A stretch of 64,000 nt of DNA. Source: an uncultured Methanoregulaceae archaeon (GTDB lineage Archaea > Halobacteriota > Methanomicrobia > Methanomicrobiales > Methanospirillaceae). The stretch covers positions 128,001-192,000 of the forward strand of contig CAWJAX010000003.1 in NCBI GenBank assembly GCA_963841015.1, read 5' to 3'. Positions within the stretch are counted from its first letter, which is position 1. Each line of letters starts with the position of its first letter. Under the pieces are notes generated by a model. The model saw nothing but the letters and a program-made list of their open reading frames with translations. It ran no database searches and was not told the DNA's origin. Below are positions 54,059-63,759 of the stretch, one piece after another. The translations under genes and the position numbers were made by a program.

Positions 54059-54069
54059 AAAAAAAATAA

Positions 54070-54834
54070 TTATTTTCCCAGACTGAGCACATCGCTCATA
54101 CCATATATGCCAGGCTTTTTACCAACAACCCAGCGGGCGGCATGAAGTGCGCCGGTCGCAAAGACAGAACGGTCGTATGCCCGGTGGGAGAGTTCGATGG
54201 TCTCAAAATTCTTCGAGAACATAACCTTGTGGTCACCAACAATATCGCCGCCCCGTATGACATGGACACCAATCTCATTTGAGCGTTCCATCATTCCTTC
54301 ACGACCGTACATCTTTTTTCGGGACCCGACTTCATCATCTAGGATCTGCAGGATAGTTTTTGCAGTACCGCTCGGCGCATCTTTCTTGTTCCGGTGATGC
54401 GCTTCGATCACTTCAATATCGTAATCTTTCAGGAGCTTTCCTGCATCCCGCAGAAGCTGCCAGAAGATATTGACACCCAACGAGAAGTTACTTGAGATTA
54501 CCGCCGGTACATTGCCATGTATTGCTTTTTCCATCTCTGCCCGCTGTTCGTTGGTAAATCCGGTAGTACCAACGACAAGTGCTACCTTGTTGCGGGCCGC
54601 CATTTTTACATTTCCAACAGCGGCATGTGCTATCGTGAAATCAATAAGCACATCAGGCCTGGTTTTCTGTAAGAGGGATTCGGCATTTTTTGTTTCGACA
54701 ATATCAATTCCGAAAAACGAACCTGGTTTGAGGTCTATACCCCCAACCAGTTCAAGATCGGAAGATTCGTTGACCATGCGGCCGATTGTCTGACCCATGC
54801 GGCCGGAGGCGCCACATACAACCACCTTTATCAT
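54070..54834 (-). CDS. dapB: 4-hydroxy-tetrahydrodipicolinate reductase
   Basis: GASGRMG, IDFT, GTTG, EAHHRNKKDAPSGTA. Confidence 0.97.
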   Translation of the reverse strand: MIKVVVCGASGRMGQTIGRMVNESSDLELVGGIDLKPGSFFGIDIVETKNAESLLQKTRPDVLIDFTIAHAAVGNVKMAARNKVALVVGTTGFTNEQRAEMEKAIHGNVPAVISSNFSLGVNIFWQLLRDAGKLLKDYDIEVIEAHHRNKKDAPSGTAKTILQILDDEVGSRKKMYGREGMMERSNEIGVHVIRGGDIVGDHKVMFSKNFETIELSHRAYDRSVFATGALHAARWVVGKKPGIYGMSDVLSLGK

Positions 54835-54842
54835 AATTCAGG

Positions 54843-55808
54843 TCACCGCGCCCGTTTTTTTGTTGAGGGTTTGGCCTTCCTGGTTATGGTTTTTTGTGGT
54901 TTCTTGGATACAGGGGATTTTGTCTGCCCTTTACCAGGGATTGTTGCAAGAATTTTCCTGAGCTGGTCGGTCTTCTTTTCGTCAAGATCATCAAGCGGAA
55001 GCCTGACGGGTCCACCTGCCATGCCAAGAAGCTCCACTGCCTTTTTAACGGGAATCGGGTTTGTGTCAATGAACATCGAGCGTAAGAGAGGCGCCAGCGC
55101 ATAGTGAAGGACAAGTGCTTTCTGGTAGTCTCCGTGCTTCATGGCCTCGCACATGGCGACCATACGTTTCGGATCTACATTTGCTGCAACCGAGATTACA
55201 CCAACACCTCCCAGTGCCATGATGGGGAGCGTGATATTATCGTCACCGGAAATCACGACAAAGTCCTCATCCTGTGTTTCTTCAATGATCCGGGATATCT
55301 GCCCGATGTTACCACTCGCTTCTTTGATTGCAACAATATTCGGGTGGCAGGCTAGTTCTGCGACCAGATCAGGTTCGAGATTCTGCCCGGTCCGTCCCGG
55401 GACATTATACATGACCACGGGAACGTCAAGATCGGCAAGTTTTGTGTAATGCTTGATGAGACCTGAACGGTTCGGCTTGTTATAATATGGACTAATAACA
55501 AGAACACCATCAGCGCCGATGTCCTTTGCAGCCTTCGTGAGCCTGACCGCTTCTGCCGTGTTGTTGGAACCTGAGCCGGCTACCACAGGTATCCTGCCGT
55601 TCACCTTATCGACAGTAATCTCAATGACTTTTTCATGCTCTTCGAACGTAAGTGTTGCAGATTCACCAGTAGATCCGCAGGGCACAATCCCGTGAATACC
55701 ACAGGAAAGGAGAAACCCGATGTTGCGCTCCAGACCCTGAACATCAAGGCCCATCGCTGGATTTCTTTTAAAAGGGGTTATGATTGCTGGAAGGACACCT
55801 TCGAACAT
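54843..55808 (-). CDS. dapA: 4-hydroxy-tetrahydrodipicolinate synthase
   Basis: GSTGES, PYYNKP, YNVPGRT, IKEASG, SGDD, TNPIPVK. Confidence 0.97.
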   Translation of the reverse strand: MFEGVLPAIITPFKRNPAMGLDVQGLERNIGFLLSCGIHGIVPCGSTGESATLTFEEHEKVIEITVDKVNGRIPVVAGSGSNNTAEAVRLTKAAKDIGADGVLVISPYYNKPNRSGLIKHYTKLADLDVPVVMYNVPGRTGQNLEPDLVAELACHPNIVAIKEASGNIGQISRIIEETQDEDFVVISGDDNITLPIMALGGVGVISVAANVDPKRMVAMCEAMKHGDYQKALVLHYALAPLLRSMFIDTNPIPVKKAVELLGMAGGPVRLPLDDLDEKKTDQLRKILATIPGKGQTKSPVSKKPQKTITRKAKPSTKKRAR

Positions 55809-55816
55809 GAATAAGG

Positions 55817-56008
55817 TTATGAGCGTCTCTTGGTATTTATTTTTCTCGTGATATACCCGGCGACGCGGTTCCGGACACGCTTACTCCCGATTACGGTTGA
55901 TTTTCCAAGCTGTTGCTTGTTTTCATCGAAACTGCCGGAAAAATAGTCCCGCTGCTTGGCCAGAAGTTCAGTACCGAGAGATTTGATGTATGACGGTTTG
56001 ATTCCCAT
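55817..56008 (-). CDS. rps17e: 30S ribosomal protein S17e
   Basis: MGIKPSYIK...FDENK...SKRVRNRVAGYITR. Confidence 0.95.
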   Translation of the reverse strand: MGIKPSYIKSLGTELLAKQRDYFSGSFDENKQQLGKSTVIGSKRVRNRVAGYITRKINTKRRS

Positions 56009-56018
56009 GTGCATTTCC

Positions 56019-56582
56019 TCAAAGTTCTATATTTATAATGCGGTTCGATATCATAATAATATTGTTCGATACGTCGACTGGATCTTCACCAAAAAGACGA
56101 ACAATCCCTTCTTTTCCCTTTCCTCCTGTATCATAGCATACATCGGGAACGCCCTGTTTGCAACAGGATGCAACCCCCCAGTCCATTGAACTGATCCCCG
56201 GGGGTTCTGCTGCGGGGTCAAATGACGTGCACTCAAGAAACAGACTGTCTATGACCTTGAGAATATTTCTGGAATAGCGCAGTGTCGCCACGCATTGCAT
56301 ATGAGGATCAAATTTCATGACAGTGAGCAGAATTCGCGCGATTTCCTCATCCGCACCAAAAGCGCAGGGACCGCCGGCAAGTATATTTCCGTGTTCCAGG
56401 ATTATCCCGCCCTTCACTGCGGCGACACCATTTTTGTCCCGTGCGCCGCTTATTGCATAGGCCAGCCGGACTCCGTTTTTTGGAATGAGCCGGACATCCA
56501 TGGATCGTTGGAGCAATGCGGTTGCCCCGGTAAGTTTTTCAAGCACCTCACTGCGTTCCCGGCCCGGATCTTTCATATTCAT
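56019..56582 (-). CDS. Thiamine-phosphate synthase (ThiN)-family protein
   Basis: LIP, VAAVKG.I, FGA...AR.LL, FD...EP....SMDWG, PDV.YD.G..GKE; start uncertain. Confidence 0.75.
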   Translation of the reverse strand: MNMKDPGRERSEVLEKLTGATALLQRSMDVRLIPKNGVRLAYAISGARDKNGVAAVKGGIILEHGNILAGGPCAFGADEEIARILLTVMKFDPHMQCVATLRYSRNILKVIDSLFLECTSFDPAAEPPGISSMDWGVASCCKQGVPDVCYDTGGKGKEGIVRLFGEDPVDVSNNIIMISNRIINIEL

Positions 56583-56684
56583 ACCAATGATGGACAGGCC
56601 TGATAATAAACGTGTCTTCTGCATTCATGCACGGGACAACCCGTTCGGATATACATATATCCTTTTACGGCGAAGATTCCTGCA

Positions 56685-56861
56685 ATGGATGCACGACTCC
56701 TTGATGTAATCATTGGCTTGTCTGGTTTTCTCGTCCTGATTGTACTGCTTGCTGTACTTCCTATGGTGATGGTTGCCGGAATAGCCTACCTTACTGCTAT
56801 TGTGATCTTTATTCTCTTCCTTTCGGGCGCCGGATATCTGGTAAATGGGAAAATAGTATGA
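56685..56861 (+). CDS. Small two-TM membrane protein (58 aa, below the ORF-track cutoff)
   Basis: MDARLLDVIIGLSGFLVLIVLLAVLPMVMVAGIAYLTAIVIFILFLSGAGYLVNGKIV*; AT-rich TATA-like tract about 30 nt upstream. Confidence 0.7.
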   Translation: MDARLLDVIIGLSGFLVLIVLLAVLPMVMVAGIAYLTAIVIFILFLSGAGYLVNGKIV

Positions 56862-56900
56862 ATGTGTGACCGGATTATTTTTGATGGGTGCACCGCTTAT

Positions 56901-57941
56901 CTATGTTTTGAGTAAATATTTCTTTTTCTGACGGTAATAATTCAATGGATGATTTACATTTTCACATAGTTTATCCCGGTTAACGCAGAGTCCGGTTGTC
57001 TTCATTGCAGCACATGCCGGCGCGGTGTATTCCGTACCTGATCCCCCTCGTCCGGTGATATGCTCTACCTGGTACATGGTTTTTTCCTGATCAAAATCCG
57101 GTGACCTTGCATACATACGGGCTATTCCTGTTACATCCATACCTATGGTATGAATAAACGTGGTGAGGGCGAAGCGGCCGGCATGGGTAAGGTTGGTCCC
57201 GGCAGTCAGCGCTAAAACCAGTGCCTGAATACAGGGAGGGAAAGCACTTTCGTTAATAGCACCGAACTGCTGAAGCATCTGCTCCTGATATACTTTTTTT
57301 ATCGATGCAACATGGGGAGCCAGTATTTCACAGACAGAAGAGGGTACTTTATGAGGAAGATCATAACGTATCAGAACGCGGATTCGTTCCCGTAACAATT
57401 CATATCGTTCCTCTTTTTTAATCTCAACAAAGCCCCCGGTGAGATGACGATTCACGAGCCTGAACCGATCTTCATGGAGGGGAGATACCAGCTCCACATA
57501 ATCGGTGAGAGGCATCCGGTCCTTGGTAATCTGGATTCCCAGTTCGGCTGCAAGAGCTATGCAAAGACGGGAATATCCAGAATCTTCCAGTTTATAATTC
57601 TGGTTCCACTCTTCTTCATTAACCAAAAAATAATACCCCCTTTCAGCCTCATACCGGGTCAGTCGGTCGATAAGCTGTTTGTCATGTACACAGGATACAA
57701 TAATCCTGGCAAGTGCATATGCGGCAATCTCATCATCAACTGAATCTGAAATCCCCGGGGCAAATATTTTTTTTGGGGACAGGGCATCCCTGATGCGTTC
57801 AATGGCGCGGGAGATTAATGCCTCTCCCCGGGGGTCTTTCAGGAGCGAATCGAGCGAGGAGAATCTTGCATTGATATGGTTCTGGGCTTTTTTTAAAAAG
57901 GGAAAATGGGAAAGTTCCTTTGCAGATGGCACAACATCCAT
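56901..57941 (-). CDS. priL: DNA primase large subunit
   Basis: FPFL, RLVNR....G.V, FPPCI, H.GRF, DFD...T.YQVEHI, Y..P.C..M.T.GLC, HPLNYY. Confidence 0.95.
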   Translation of the reverse strand: MDVVPSAKELSHFPFLKKAQNHINARFSSLDSLLKDPRGEALISRAIERIRDALSPKKIFAPGISDSVDDEIAAYALARIIVSCVHDKQLIDRLTRYEAERGYYFLVNEEEWNQNYKLEDSGYSRLCIALAAELGIQITKDRMPLTDYVELVSPLHEDRFRLVNRHLTGGFVEIKKEERYELLRERIRVLIRYDLPHKVPSSVCEILAPHVASIKKVYQEQMLQQFGAINESAFPPCIQALVLALTAGTNLTHAGRFALTTFIHTIGMDVTGIARMYARSPDFDQEKTMYQVEHITGRGGSGTEYTAPACAAMKTTGLCVNRDKLCENVNHPLNYYRQKKKYLLKT

Positions 57942-58684
57942 CAGTCAGCCTCTATCCGGGGTGCGAGGAGATACTCGACATGCCCGTTACCACCGGCAAT
58001 AATAAAGGAAAACCTGACCGGATGATCAATACCCAGATAAATTTCGATCTCTGCAGCTTTACTCATGACCTTACTCATATCTTTTAAATAATCAAGGGAA
58101 AAGAGCGATCGGGCCTCAAGAGGAGTGAGTGATTTCAGTTCGTCTTTGCCAAACTCGCGCCGGATTGTGTCAGTATCTCCCTCAGCAATAAGGTAAAACG
58201 TCTGATCCTTTGGGTTGATTCCAAGCGCTATTTTATCCGAGATCACTGCCGCTGCTTTCATGGCATTGTTGAAATCATCACCGGTAATGACAATTTTGCC
58301 CGGGAGGTTGATAGTTGGAGGATTGGGGTCCTTCCTGATTGTGTTTGTATCCAGGAGGGTGATGGAATAATGGTAGCCGTGGGCTGATACGGACATTTTC
58401 TGGGCGTTATCGGCGAGTTCAAGACTGATGAGATCGCCCTTACCTGCCATGCCGAAAATATTTTTCATCTTGGAAATGTCAATGCCCAGCTGGCTTTTTG
58501 TCGCTTTAAAAGAATCAAATGCTTCTTTTTTCAGTTCGATTCCGATCATTGCCACATTAGCCGTGTCAACCGCTCTTGTTGAGATTCCATTTTCATCTGT
58601 ATGCAGACGGCACTCAGGGACGAGAGCCGAAATTGCTTCGATAAATTCCCTGAAAATATCTGCCTCAATTGTTGCTTTTAACAT
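57941..58684 (-). CDS. pcn: DNA polymerase sliding clamp PCNA
   Basis: MLKATI, AVDTANVAM, SLFSLDYL, YLLAPRIE. Confidence 0.96.
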   Translation of the reverse strand: MLKATIEADIFREFIEAISALVPECRLHTDENGISTRAVDTANVAMIGIELKKEAFDSFKATKSQLGIDISKMKNIFGMAGKGDLISLELADNAQKMSVSAHGYHYSITLLDTNTIRKDPNPPTINLPGKIVITGDDFNNAMKAAAVISDKIALGINPKDQTFYLIAEGDTDTIRREFGKDELKSLTPLEARSLFSLDYLKDMSKVMSKAAEIEIYLGIDHPVRFSFIIAGGNGHVEYLLAPRIEAD

Positions 58685-58932
58685 CGCTTTTCTCACTTCT
58701 CCTTTTTTACCGTCTTTTAAACAACCCTTGGTTATGCCTTTCCCCTCGGATAACAATTTTTAGGTCGAATAATTTACGGCTTAACCTTTCTACGTTACGT
58801 TATTTATTACTCCATAATAATTTAACTCTAGTCTTTTGGTTTTACTGCTGATTCATTTCCCGGGTGAACCCTTCTCCCGTTCAGGTTGTGTATTCCCGGT
58901 TGAAAAGGGGACATACGTTAAAAAAATCCTGG

Positions 58933-59142
58933 TTATATGAAGTAATAATAGCCCAAACCCGCTATGCAGACTACACAAAACATGATTACAAGAACAATAT
59001 TGATTGTGTGCTCCTTCCGGGACATTGCCGACCACTCACTTTTCTGTTTTTTCGCAATAAATCCGATGACAAGACCAATACCCGTTCCGGCCAGGATTCC
59101 GAATGCCACCATCATCAGGATCTCAAATGTATCCGCAGACAT
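58933..59142 (-). CDS. Small two-TM membrane protein
   Basis: 69 aa, two hydrophobic helices separated by KKQKSEWSAMSRKE. Confidence 0.65.
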   Translation of the reverse strand: MSADTFEILMMVAFGILAGTGIGLVIGFIAKKQKSEWSAMSRKEHTINIVLVIMFCVVCIAGLGYYYFI

Positions 59143-59710
59143 GCAGGTTCACTCCTCCCGGTTGCCAATTCATCTATATAAAACATCAGGTATCGCCCGA
59201 AAACCGGTATCTTTCTTTTTATAAACAAGGGATCGGGGATAATAATACCGATTTCACTATTCTCTCGGTAAATACCTGGCAATCTGGATAAAACCAGCTG
59301 AGTGTTTAACAGGAGCGGGTGCTGCTGCTCGTAACGTATCCGGAAGGGACAATGAGTCGGGGATGAGAGAGATGCTGGTCCGTGTTGTCTACCCTTGATC
59401 CGCCCGGATTGCAATATCAGTCCGGCAGCGAGTGTTCCTCTGCAGGGGTCATGTGTATGATTAAAAAGTCTTTTGGTTCTTAGGGGTCGACGGCGATTAT
59501 ATAGATCTCTGCACAAAGTCAGGTCTCATCCTTTCATAATCAGGTTTTTGCCCTCAAACATCTGCATGCCCACGAAAGGGAGCAGTAACTCTGTTCGATG
59601 AGGTCATAAAAAGGGTTCACCCCACAAACAGATACCTCCCCCAGGAAAGAACGATTCATGAATTCCCTATTTCATGATGATATCCAGCAAACCACCTTCA
59701 TTAATTATTT

Positions 59711-60379
59711 TTATGGTTCGTTCTGGATATCTGTGCTCTCTCCCGGCATCAGAACTTTTACTCTTATATTGGTTGTGCGCTCGATTGCATTCTTGAACTG
59801 GAGAGGATCTGCGATAATCTTGTCCCACGTGTTGTAGTGAATTGGTATAACTGTTTTGGCACCAATAAAGTTCGCTGCCATCATCGCTTCTGCGGCACCC
59901 ATCGTGTAACGTCCGCCGATGGGGAGCAATGCGACATCGGGATGATAGAGTTCTCCAATCAGCTTCATATCGGAAAATAGTGCTGTATCACCGGCGTGGT
60001 ATATCTTCACTCCGTCCATCCCGATTACGAAACCTGCCGCAGTACCGCCATAGCAGCCGATACCAGCTTCCTCTATCCACGAGGAATGTACGGCAGGAGT
60101 CATCGTAAATGAAACATCGTCAACAATTGCGGTTCCCCCGATATTCATACCTTCAACAGTCAAACCCTTTGTCTTGAGGTACTTTGCGATCTCGGTGATA
60201 GCTATGGTTTTTTTACCGAGTGCTACTGTTTCACCCATATGATCTTCGTGCCCGTGAGTAACGGCAACAATATCCGGGTGAGTGTCAAGAGTGCTACCAC
60301 CCTCAACAAAGGGATCGATAAGGATCTTTTTTGATCCGGAAAGAAGTACACATGCATGCCCGAGCCAGGTAAGTTGCAT
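59711..60379 (-). CDS. Metallo-beta-lactamase-fold hydrolase (UPF0173)
   Basis: WLGHA, IDPF, THGHEDH, HSS, YHAGDT, LPIGGRYTM, PIHYNT. Confidence 0.92.
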   Translation of the reverse strand: MQLTWLGHACVLLSGSKKILIDPFVEGGSTLDTHPDIVAVTHGHEDHMGETVALGKKTIAITEIAKYLKTKGLTVEGMNIGGTAIVDDVSFTMTPAVHSSWIEEAGIGCYGGTAAGFVIGMDGVKIYHAGDTALFSDMKLIGELYHPDVALLPIGGRYTMGAAEAMMAANFIGAKTVIPIHYNTWDKIIADPLQFKNAIERTTNIRVKVLMPGESTDIQNEP

Positions 60380-60492
60380 ATATGCAGATATCCTTCTGCT
60401 GACATGAAATTTACCCTCCTGATGCCGGTTTCTGTAGCGTGGAAGGCAGGTTCACTAAAAAAATGAGTCAGATGTACATAAGGGGTAATCCC

Positions 60493-61116
60493 TTACATTA
60501 CATCAACCAGTTCAGCTTCTGTGATGTCGATGGAATCCCCAAGACTATCCGCAGTTGCACTTCGGGTCATCTGCTCGGATAAATCCCTGTCTTCCATTAC
60601 GTCCCGGACCCTGTTGATATAAGGGTCAATAGTGGGATCTTCCTTCTCCTCAATCACGTGCCGGTATTCGCGGAGTGTCGAAGGACTGATACCAAGTTCC
60701 TCTGAAACCTCTTTCATGGTCTTACCGGACTCGATCAGTTTTTCCATCTTCACCTTATCAAAAGGCATCTTGAAATCAAGTTCACGGAAGAGCTTGAGCC
60801 TGACGCGTGCACGTGCAACGGTCTTGCTGAGTTTCTCATCACCGAGCTGGCGGGCAATTTCAGTGTCATTCTTACCCGCGTAAAACAAGGTGACAAGTTT
60901 TGCAAGCTGGATCGGTTTTAAGGAGGTTTTGAAAATTCCCTGTTCCGTGATCTCTCTCATTACGAGAGCCACTTCACGTTCGATCGCGTCACTGTCTCTC
61001 AAAGTACCATGAATATTCTTCATCGGCTCGACAATCTTCGTCTTACCGGAGAGGGTACTGAATAGTTTTAGAAGCTGTACCTTGCGTTTGTCTTCGGTCA
61101 TTGCATACCCCGTCAT
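60493..61116 (-). CDS. Uncharacterised protein with two HTH-like motifs
   Basis: GKNDTEIARQLG....KTVARAR and GKTMKEVSEELGISPSTLREY; start at 61116 or 61101. Confidence 0.75.
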   Translation of the reverse strand: MTGYAMTEDKRKVQLLKLFSTLSGKTKIVEPMKNIHGTLRDSDAIEREVALVMREITEQGIFKTSLKPIQLAKLVTLFYAGKNDTEIARQLGDEKLSKTVARARVRLKLFRELDFKMPFDKVKMEKLIESGKTMKEVSEELGISPSTLREYRHVIEEKEDPTIDPYINRVRDVMEDRDLSEQMTRSATADSLGDSIDITEAELVDVM

Positions 61117-61594
61117 GGGATTAGGATATACAATACTTCGCCTTCTATTTAATGTTATCTTTAAGGATTGTTTGACCAAAAGACCTTTAAATGATGCAGG
61201 ATCAAATCTGCTGCGGGGTAATTCGTACTATAAAAACGTTTTACAAACTATTGAAGCAGATCTGACGACGGTCCGTTAAGACATGTGATCTCATTATTTT
61301 TAATAAATTCAGCTAATATTTTCCTGATAAGGCGATAGGGTCCTTTTTCGTATGCTGTCAGACTGATAATATGATAATTGTTGTCCGCAGGATCTGGTTC
61401 CTCCTTATACTCTTTCACGGAATACGACGGATTTTGGCTTAGAACTGCATTTAAGATTCGGGATTTTAGCTGTCTGTCGTTTTTCACCCGGAATACAAAA
61501 TCAGCTCATAAATACACCTCTGGGTAATTATCTGATTCTGAAACAATAATTCTATCCTTTCTATTAAAGAGTGCATTTTTTTATTTATTTTATC

Positions 61595-61805
61595 GAATCT
61601 TTAACATTCCATTTTTTTAATAAAATAAAAGGATGAGTAATCTGAATTGGCATGAACAATGCCCGGACCCATCACCTCTCAGCGATCACGCAGCGATTAT
61701 GACGGACTACTTTTCCAGGATGTATCCAATGGGGATGGAGCACAAAGCGGCAGGTGTCAGAGTCCCGTTAATATCTCAATTTCTTTGATATTTTTCTCCC
61801 AAGAT
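61595..61805 (+). mobile_element. Highly degenerate copy F of the MITE-like repeat
   Basis: GAATCTTTAACATTCC, TGGCATGA, AGCGATTATGACG, GTATC, GGAGCACAAAGCGGCAGG and TTTCTCC are collinear with 823-1036 over a similar length. Confidence 0.62.
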
Positions 61806-62010
61806 TTTTCTTTATCAGAGCAGATTCCCCTTGGCAGGAAAAAAACAGTTCCAAGAATTTTTGTATTATTCTGATATTACCTCAAGATGCAGGGATACAG
61901 GCTATACGCAATGACAGGTCATCAGGGTTTCTCACCTCTTTTAACGAGAGTTATAATATCCGCGAGGGATAATTCAAATACACAATTTAAAAAAAAAGAA
62001 GGGGTAACCA

Positions 62011-63759
62011 GTGAAACAAGGTTCTGAGGATGTTTTTGAGAAGGTGATGGATCTTGCAAAACGCCGTGGATTTATCTGGCCGACTTCGGAATGCTATGGT
62101 GCTGTGGCCGGATTCATCGATTACGGTCCTCTCGGCGCGATGATGAAGCGGCGGGTTGAGGATATCTGGCGGGATTTCTATGTTATCCAGGAAGGATACT
62201 ATGAGATCGAGTGCCCGACGATTGCACAGGAAGCCGTTTTTATCGCTTCCGGGCATGTTGCAGGATTTGCTGATAAGATGTGCCAGTGCCCGCACTGCAG
62301 GGAATTTTTGAGAGCAGATCATGTTGCTGAAGCCGGGGGGGTGAAGCACTCCTCTGTTATGCAGAATGAGGAACTCTCGCTTGAACTTGCCAGCTGCAGA
62401 TGCCTCGCATGCGATGAGGTGCTGGGTAAGGTTGAAGTCTTTCAGTTTAACCTGATGTTCAGAACAAGCATCGGACCTGGCTCACAGCGTACCGGGTACC
62501 TCCGCCCCGAGACCGCACAGGGGATGTTTGTTGATTTCACCCGGCTGCTCCGTTTCTACCGGGACAAGCTTCCGTTCGGTGCTGTCCAGATAGGAAAGTC
62601 CTACCGGAACGAGATATCACCCCGTCAGGGTATGATCAGGCTCCGCGAATTCACCCAGGCAGAAGCCGAGATCTTTGTCAACCCATCCTGCAAGGACTGT
62701 CACCCGATGTTCCGACGCTATGCTGACTACATGATGCCCCTCCTCACTTATACCAGGCAGGAGATGTGCGAACCGCCGGTTTTGATGTCGATGCGGGAGG
62801 CCGTGGATAAGGGAGTTATCGCCAACGAATATGTCGCATATTACGTAGCTCTTACCCACGAACTCCTTGTACGGGTAGGTATAAAACCCGACCGGCTCCG
62901 GTTCCGGCAGCACCTTCCTGATGAACGGGCTCATTACGCGACCGATTGCTGGGACGCGGAGGTATTTTCCGGGCGGTTCGGCTGGGTCGAGACGGTAGGA
63001 ATTGCAGACCGGACTGACTATGACCTGACAGCTCACGGTACAGCGAGCGGTACTCCGATGACGGTTTTCATCCAGTATGGCGAACCAAAGAAAGTCCCGC
63101 GCCGGCGCATCATCCCGAATATGAGCGTGCTTGGCAAGCAGTACCGCACAAAGGCCAAAGCAGTTTTTTCAGCTCTCGAAACGGCAACCCCTGCTCTGAC
63201 AGGGGCTGATGTTGAGGTGGACGGGGAGATGATCCACATCCCTCCCGATCTCTTTGAGGTCCGTGATGAGATTATAGATGTACGGGGTGAGGACATCGTG
63301 CCACACGTCATCGAGCCGTCCTATGGTATCGACCGTATGTGCTATGCAGTGCTTGAACAGGCTTATGACGAAGACACCGCGGACGGTGAAACCCGGGTCG
63401 TGTTGCGGCTCGTGCCGCAGGTCGCACCGGTTCAGGTCGCAGTCTTCCCGCTCATGACCCGCGACGATCTCGACACAATAGCAGGAGAAATCACCCGGAC
63501 CCTCCACAAATCCGGCATCCTCGCCGAGTATGACGACAGCGGAGCGATTGGGCGCCGGTACCGGCGTCAGGACGAGATCGGTACACCATTTGCGATTACC
63601 GTTGATTATGAGACCAAAGAGAATAATTCCGTCACACTCCGGGACCGGGACACTATGAAACAGGTCCGTATACCGATCACAGAATTACCAGAGACAATCG
63701 GGGCGCTTGTTGCGGGGAGCATTACGTTCACATCCATTAAGTTTAACGAAATCCTATGA
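62011..63759 (+). CDS. glyS: Glycine-tRNA ligase (homodimeric type)
   Basis: DYGPLG, YLRPETAQG, RNEISPRQG..R.REF.QAE, ERAHYA..CWD, EPSYGIDR, IGRRYRRQDEIGTP. Confidence 0.97.
   Translation: MKQGSEDVFEKVMDLAKRRGFIWPTSECYGAVAGFIDYGPLGAMMKRRVEDIWRDFYVIQEGYYEIECPTIAQEAVFIASGHVAGFADKMCQCPHCREFLRADHVAEAGGVKHSSVMQNEELSLELASCRCLACDEVLGKVEVFQFNLMFRTSIGPGSQRTGYLRPETAQGMFVDFTRLLRFYRDKLPFGAVQIGKSYRNEISPRQGMIRLREFTQAEAEIFVNPSCKDCHPMFRRYADYMMPLLTYTRQEMCEPPVLMSMREAVDKGVIANEYVAYYVALTHELLVRVGIKPDRLRFRQHLPDERAHYATDCWDAEVFSGRFGWVETVGIADRTDYDLTAHGTASGTPMTVFIQYGEPKKVPRRRIIPNMSVLGKQYRTKAKAVFSALETATPALTGADVEVDGEMIHIPPDLFEVRDEIIDVRGEDIVPHVIEPSYGIDRMCYAVLEQAYDEDTADGETRVVLRLVPQVAPVQVAVFPLMTRDDLDTIAGEITRTLHKSGILAEYDDSGAIGRRYRRQDEIGTPFAITVDYETKENNSVTLRDRDTMKQVRIPITELPETIGALVAGSITFTSIKFNEIL

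Noticed and set aside
61248-61487. 79-aa minus-strand ORF
   Set aside because: Non-ATG start, AT-rich and no recognisable motif; cannot be supported as a gene.
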